Positions 23,001-29,000 of a stretch of 31,015 bases of DNA are shown piece by piece; the first letter of the stretch is position 1; each line of letters opens with the position of its first letter. The position numbers were made by a program, and so were the translations under genes. Origin of the DNA: an uncultured Elusimicrobia bacterium (GTDB taxonomy: Bacteria > Elusimicrobiota > Elusimicrobia > UBA1565 > UBA9628); the NCBI GenBank assembly GCA_964618085.1, contig CAZTZW010000002.1, positions 9,918 through 40,932 on the forward strand. Direction: 5' to 3'. The notes beneath the pieces are model-generated. The model did not search any database. It was given only the letters and a program-made list of their open reading frames with translations, and had not been told where the DNA came from.

Positions 23001-26000
23001 ATGCAGTCCGCCGCCGAGGCCGTGTAGGTGGAGACCGTGGGGTTCCAGTACTGCACGCCCACCTCGACGCGGGAGAGGCGGAAGTAGACGGTCTTCTGCG
23101 CGCCCGTGAGCGCGTCCGCGCCGTCGACGGCCGTCCCCGATAGCGCCGCCAGCGAGCGCTTGAACGCGACGTCGGGCATGGTCACGGCGGCCAGCGGCGC
23201 CGCGTCGTCGATGTAGTAGTCGCGCGGACCTTTGGGAGGAGCCTCAGGACCCGGCGTCGCGCGCGACTCGAGCTGGTATTTATTGAGGCTCGTGTAGCTC
23301 GCCGGCAAGATCGTATGCGCCCAACTGCGACCCGCCAGCGGAGTCGAAATCCAGATATTGAGCGCTCCCGCCTGCCAGACCGCTCCGTCCCAGGTGAGCG
23401 GGGCGCCGGTGACGTCCTGGATGCGCACTTCGACCCCGGACGCGGCGTCGTTGACCGTACCGGACAGCGTGGCCAGGTTGGAACGGAAGTGCGGCGTCGT
23501 GGCATCGGGCTTCTGGATGAGAGAGGCCGGCGACGGGGCGGTGAAGGCCACCCGGCTGGTGTTGGGCCCGGCGACCGAGACGCGGTCCTCGACGTTGGAA
23601 GCGTAGTCATCGGCCGCGGCCATGATATGGTAGGAGACGCCCGCGACGAACGACGGCGTCGAGGCTCCGGTCACGAACCAGTTCGCGGGGTTGCCGTTGT
23701 CCGAGGACGCCGCCACCCAGTAGTTGGACGCCGCGCCGGGGACGTCGGGCGGCACGGACGCGTCGGGTAGGTCGAAGAGCTTGGTGGCCTTGTTCCACCA
23801 GTTCGCAGGAGAAGGCCGGTAATAGGCGACGTAGATGCTGCGCAGGCCGGAAAGGCCGGTATCCTGCGAGGTGCCCGAGAGGGTGGCCAGCGAGTCCGGG
23901 GTGGTACCATGGACCGGGAAGGTCACCACCGACGCCGGTTTAGTGAAGTCGGCGGAGAAGGCGATGGTCGAGTACGAGACCTGCATCCCCGTCGCGCGAT
24001 CGATGGCGCGCGCGTGCGCCTCATAGCTCAGGCCCGAGGTCCACGCGGCCGAGCTCAAGGTGAACGACCAGGGACCCGAGCCCGTCACGCTCGAATTGTT
24101 CCAGATCTCGGGGCCGCCCGCGACCCAGGAGCCGTTGGGCCCGGCCGAAAGGTTCAGGTAGAAGCCGTCCGAGAGGCGGCGCACGCGCACCTGCACGACG
24201 TCCACGATGCCCGCGCCCGTGTCGACCGCGTTGCCCGAGACGAGTCCCGCCTGCGAGATGAAACCTCCGTTGGCCGGCGAGGTGATCGTGGCCGTGGGCC
24301 GGTAGGTATCGTAGACGAAGGCGGCCGTGGACCAAGAGACGACGGAGGCGTTTCCGGCCTGGTCCACGGCCTGCGAGCGCATGTCGTAGCCGAGGTTGTC
24401 CGTCCACTCGGCGGCAGGCGGCATGCTGAAGCTCCAGTCCTCGCTGTCCTCATCGTAGAGGCCGTCCTGCGCCGCAGCGTTGGGCCAGGGATTGGGCTCG
24501 GTGCCGGACCAGGCCAGACCGGTCCAGTAGCTGGTGGTCGGCGGCGTGAAGCGGCGCAGGCTCACCCGCACCGCGGCGAGGCGTCCGCCGGTGTTGTCCA
24601 CGGAGGAGCCCGTCGCGAAGGTGAACGTCGAGCGCGTATGCAGACCGGCGGACGGGGCGGAGATGGCCGCGGAGGGACGCTCCGGGGTGGGTTGGTACTC
24701 GTCCAGGGTGAAAGTCACCGTGGACGGCATCACCTGGACCGACCCCGTCCAGTCCTTAGCACGGACCACGACACGGAAGACTTCACCGGAGTTACCCGCT
24801 ATGAAAGGAACCGCTAGGGACCAGGTGCCGCTGGAGAGGCCCGTGTGCGGCGTGTAGGTGACGGAGCGCCAGAAATCGGGCTCCATCGCAGGATCGGCGA
24901 TACCGGCCTCTTCGTCGCTCGACACCCAGCCGCTCGTGTTCCAGTTCCACGTCTGATCGAGACCCTGGCGGTAGACGTGCACGTAGACGTTCGACACCCG
25001 ACCGCCGTTGAGACCGGAGCCGAGGTCGGAGGCCGTGCCCGTGAGCGTCGCGAGCGCGCTGACGAAAGAGCCGTTCGTCAGATTGGTGAAGGCCGCGGTC
25101 GGGCGGTCGACGTCGAAGAACACGGGCGTGACCTGGGCGCCCGTCCCCGCGACCCCCGGCGAAGACTGGCCGGTCTCGTTGGTTGCGAAGTCGCGGATGC
25201 GGGTGCTCAGCTCATAGCGGATGCCGTTGGTCCACGCCACGCCCGAGCTGTTGTAAGCCCACAGGCCGTCCGAGGCGCTGTCTGCGAGGAGGAACCAGAT
25301 GGGGCTGCCCGAGGGGTTGAACTGATTGGCGCCACCCGCGACGCCGTTGGGGTCCCAGTAAAGCGAAGTGCCTTCGCGGCGTATGAAGATCTCGGCTTGA
25401 TTGGGCAGGCCCGAGTTGGCGTCGGACGCCGTTCCCGAGATGGAGTTGATGGATGTCACCGCCGTACCGCTGGAAGGCACCGCGATGTTGCCCAGCGGCG
25501 CGGTCACGTCCCAGGTGAAGATGCGCGGCGTCCCCTCGGCGACGTTGCCCACCGAGTCGCGCGCGCGCGGGATGATCTCGTAGTCGCGCGCGTCCACGAA
25601 GCCGATGGCGCCAGGGACCGTATAGGACCACGGCGAGCCCTGGACCGTGGTCGGCGTGTAGGTGGCGAAGGAGACCCAGGCGCTGGTGAAGCCGCTCCAC
25701 CACCGGCAGCCCACCGCGGGCGAGCCGCCGGCGCAGGAACCGCCGGGGCTGCTGGCGATGGCCACCTCGGTGAGCGCGAGGGCGGAGAAGTCGGAGGCGG
25801 TACCCGAGATGGTGGGCAGGCGGTTGATCTGGCTCTGATTGGGCGTGGTCACCGCCGATAGAGGATTGACGGCGTCCACGCTGAAGGTGACCGAGTTGAT
25901 GCCGACCGTGAAGCCGGCCTCGACGTTAGAGAGCTTGGTCCCGCTGGCGCAGTCGGTGTCGGCCGTATCGCCGCCGCGGTCGCAGGCGCGCGTGTAAAGC

Positions 26001-29000
26001 ACGTAGGAGATTCCCGAATCGCCCACGGTGAACGCCGGACTGGTGAAGGTCCACGAGCTGGGATTCAGGGTCGCGTCGGGCCAGTTGGCGGGCTGTGCGC
26101 CCCAGGCCGCGCCGCCCAGCCAGAACAGACCGTCGGATTGTCGCTGGATCTGGTACTCCACGCGGTTGACGCCGGCGTGCTTATCGTAATAGCCGCCGGC
26201 GAACGTCGTCGCGCCGGGACCGAGTGTGTTCAAGTGAACTGGATGGGTGATGCTGTTGGTCGGTTTGACCACGTCCCAGAAGAAGGTGTGGGAGCTGATG
26301 AGCGGACCGTTGAAATTGTGCTCATGGGAGAAGAGACTGTTGTTCGCATCGCGAGCACGATCGCGGGCAGTCACCCGTAATGTGAACGAGGAGCCGCTGA
26401 TCTCGTCATCGGTCCAAGGGGTAGGACCACCGAGGGAGTTGGCGGCCCAATCCACGTCGTTGAACCCCAGCTCCCATGCCTGCGAAAAGATCTCCGTCGG
26501 ATCGGCGAAGGTCGTGTTCTTTGGCACGCGGCTGTCGAGCGCGTTGATGGCCGTCGCCACGGCGCCCCAACTCGCGCCGTTCCAGTACAGATTGTCCTTG
26601 TGACGGTAGATGCGTAGGCGGACGCCCTCGAGAAAGCCGTTGCTGTTGTCGGTCGCGGTACCCTGGATGAGAGTCAAGGTCGTGCGCGTGGAGAGGGCGA
26701 TGGGAACGGAGGCTCCCGCCGTAGGCGTGGTGTTATCCACGCGGAAGGTGCGGTCGGTCGAGGTCAAGGTCAGGTTGCCCGCGGCATCCTCTGCGATGGC
26801 GGACAGCGCGATGCGCGCGTTGTTGAACAGGCCGGAGTTGAACGCGTAGGTCCAGCTATTGCCCCCCGTCGCGTTGATCCAGAACGGACAGCCCTGGTCG
26901 AACGTCGTGCCGCTCCAGCAATTATTGGTGCCGAGATCGCGCAAGGAGACCGAGCTGACCTTCACCGGGAAAGAATCGAGGGAAGTACCCACGACCTGGG
27001 TGAATCCACGGTAGACGCCTTCGTTCACGCTCGGCAGGCTGATGCTGACGACCGGAGTCGTCTCGTCCACGACGAAGGCGTTAGTGGTGCCGCCGACGCG
27101 CCAATTGCCCGCTTTGTCGGCCACCTGGAGAGAGAAGTAGTAGGTCGCGCCGTCGCTCCAGGCGCTCACTGGAAAGGTGGAGCGCCATGCGCCGGTGCCA
27201 GAGTTCCAACAGGTCAGGCCGCAAGACACCGTGGAGAAGTACACGCCGGTGCCGCCCCACGTCTCGGAGGCGCGGTTCCAGTATTCGGTGGTGCCCGAGA
27301 TGATGCGGCGCAGCTGGAAGTTGAGGTTCTGGACCTGACCGGGAGAGATGTCCCCCGCGGTACCCGACAACGTCGTGAGCTGGAAAGCGCGGTAGTAGCC
27401 CGAGAAGGTCGGCGCGTTGAGGTTCACGGGATGAGTGACCGCTCCCGTAGGATTCTGCGTGTCGAAGACGAAGTCGGCCGTGGTAGGGGTGCCTTGCACG
27501 TTGCCCGTATTGTCGACGGCTCGCACGCGCACGCGGTACTGGCGCGTCGTCGTCCAGATGGCGCCCAGACCCGTTATCTGCCATGGATTGGCGCCGGTCG
27601 CCGGATTCCATATCTGCCCGACCTGCCAGGCGCCGCCGGCCACGTTGCGGTACTGATTGTTCGAGAGATCCTGGATCTCCACTTCGACGCGGGCGGTCTC
27701 GGAGACGTTGTTGCCGATCCCGTCCGAGGAAGTGCCGGTGATGGTCGTCAGCGCGGCGTAATGGTCGTTATGGACCGGGAGTTCGACGTAGGCGGTCGGC
27801 TCGGTGAAGTCGCGGGTATAGGCGATGGAGAAGCCCTCGCCCGCGTACAAGTTCGTCGCCCAAGGGAAACCGCCGTACACTGTCGGTTGGAACGCCGAGT
27901 CGAAGGTCGCGCCGTTCCAGCGGTAGATCCGCAGCTGCCGGGCGGTATTAAGGACCGTGACGAACATCTCATCGATGGCCGGATCGAGCGGGTTGCTGAC
28001 GATGCTCACCGCCCGGGGCGCACCGACGTTGTCGGCGGTGGTGACTTCTCCCGCCCAGGCCGTGCCGTTGAAAGTGTTGTAGCGGATATTGTTGCTGCCG
28101 TCGGCGTAGGCGAGCAGGAGCTGGCCGCCGGATCGCTCGTAGGCCAGATCGAAAGGACGGTAAGCGGAATTGACGGAAACGACAGCACCTTCCAGGCCGA
28201 TATTGGTGTTGCCCCAAGTATCGTTGGCGCCGTTGAAGATGGTGACGTTGAGATCGTTCGAGTTGTCCTCGACGCCGAGCGCGATGAGCTGGCTGGTCGG
28301 ATTGCCGGCCAGTTTGACCCAGCGCGGAAGCTCGTTGCCGCCATCGGAGAGGTCGGGTCCGATGAGGGCGGCCGACCAAGAGGTCATGCTCGCGTACCAG
28401 ACGGCATAATAAGGAGTGTTCTGCGTGACCGGGGCGTTGGGACCCCAGGTCAGCAGGCCTTTGACGCCCGCCGAGGTCCAGGCCACGTCGAACACCTGGG
28501 TCCGGTTCTCGAGCGTACCCGCTTGGGACAGAGCGGTCTCGAACGTGGTGACCGCGCTCCAGCCGGTGCCGGTCCAATGAGCCGCGAACAAGTCGTCGTT
28601 GGAGTCCTGAACGACGAGGAGGATGGAGTTGGAATCCCGATTGGGGCTGGGCTCCAGGCGGACGAAGACGGGGGTACCGGTGCCGGGCCAGGCCGGCACG
28701 GCGATGGCCGTGCTCCAAGACGCGGCGCCATCGGCGCGCGTACGGTACTGCGGGGTGGCGCTGCCATTGGAGTAGACGATGAGCGAGTCACCGGTGGAGG
28801 TCTCGTAGGCGGCCTCGGCCGCCTTGAAGACGTTGTAGCGCGCCGCGACGTCCAGACCGACGGTATGCTCGAAAGCCGCGGCCCAGCTCGTTCCGTTCCA
28901 GATCGCCGTGTTCACGTCGCCGTTGTTATCGACGAAAGTCGCCAACTTCTCGTTACGGCGAGGACTGGCGCGCAGGCTCACTTGGTACGGCGCGCCCCCG

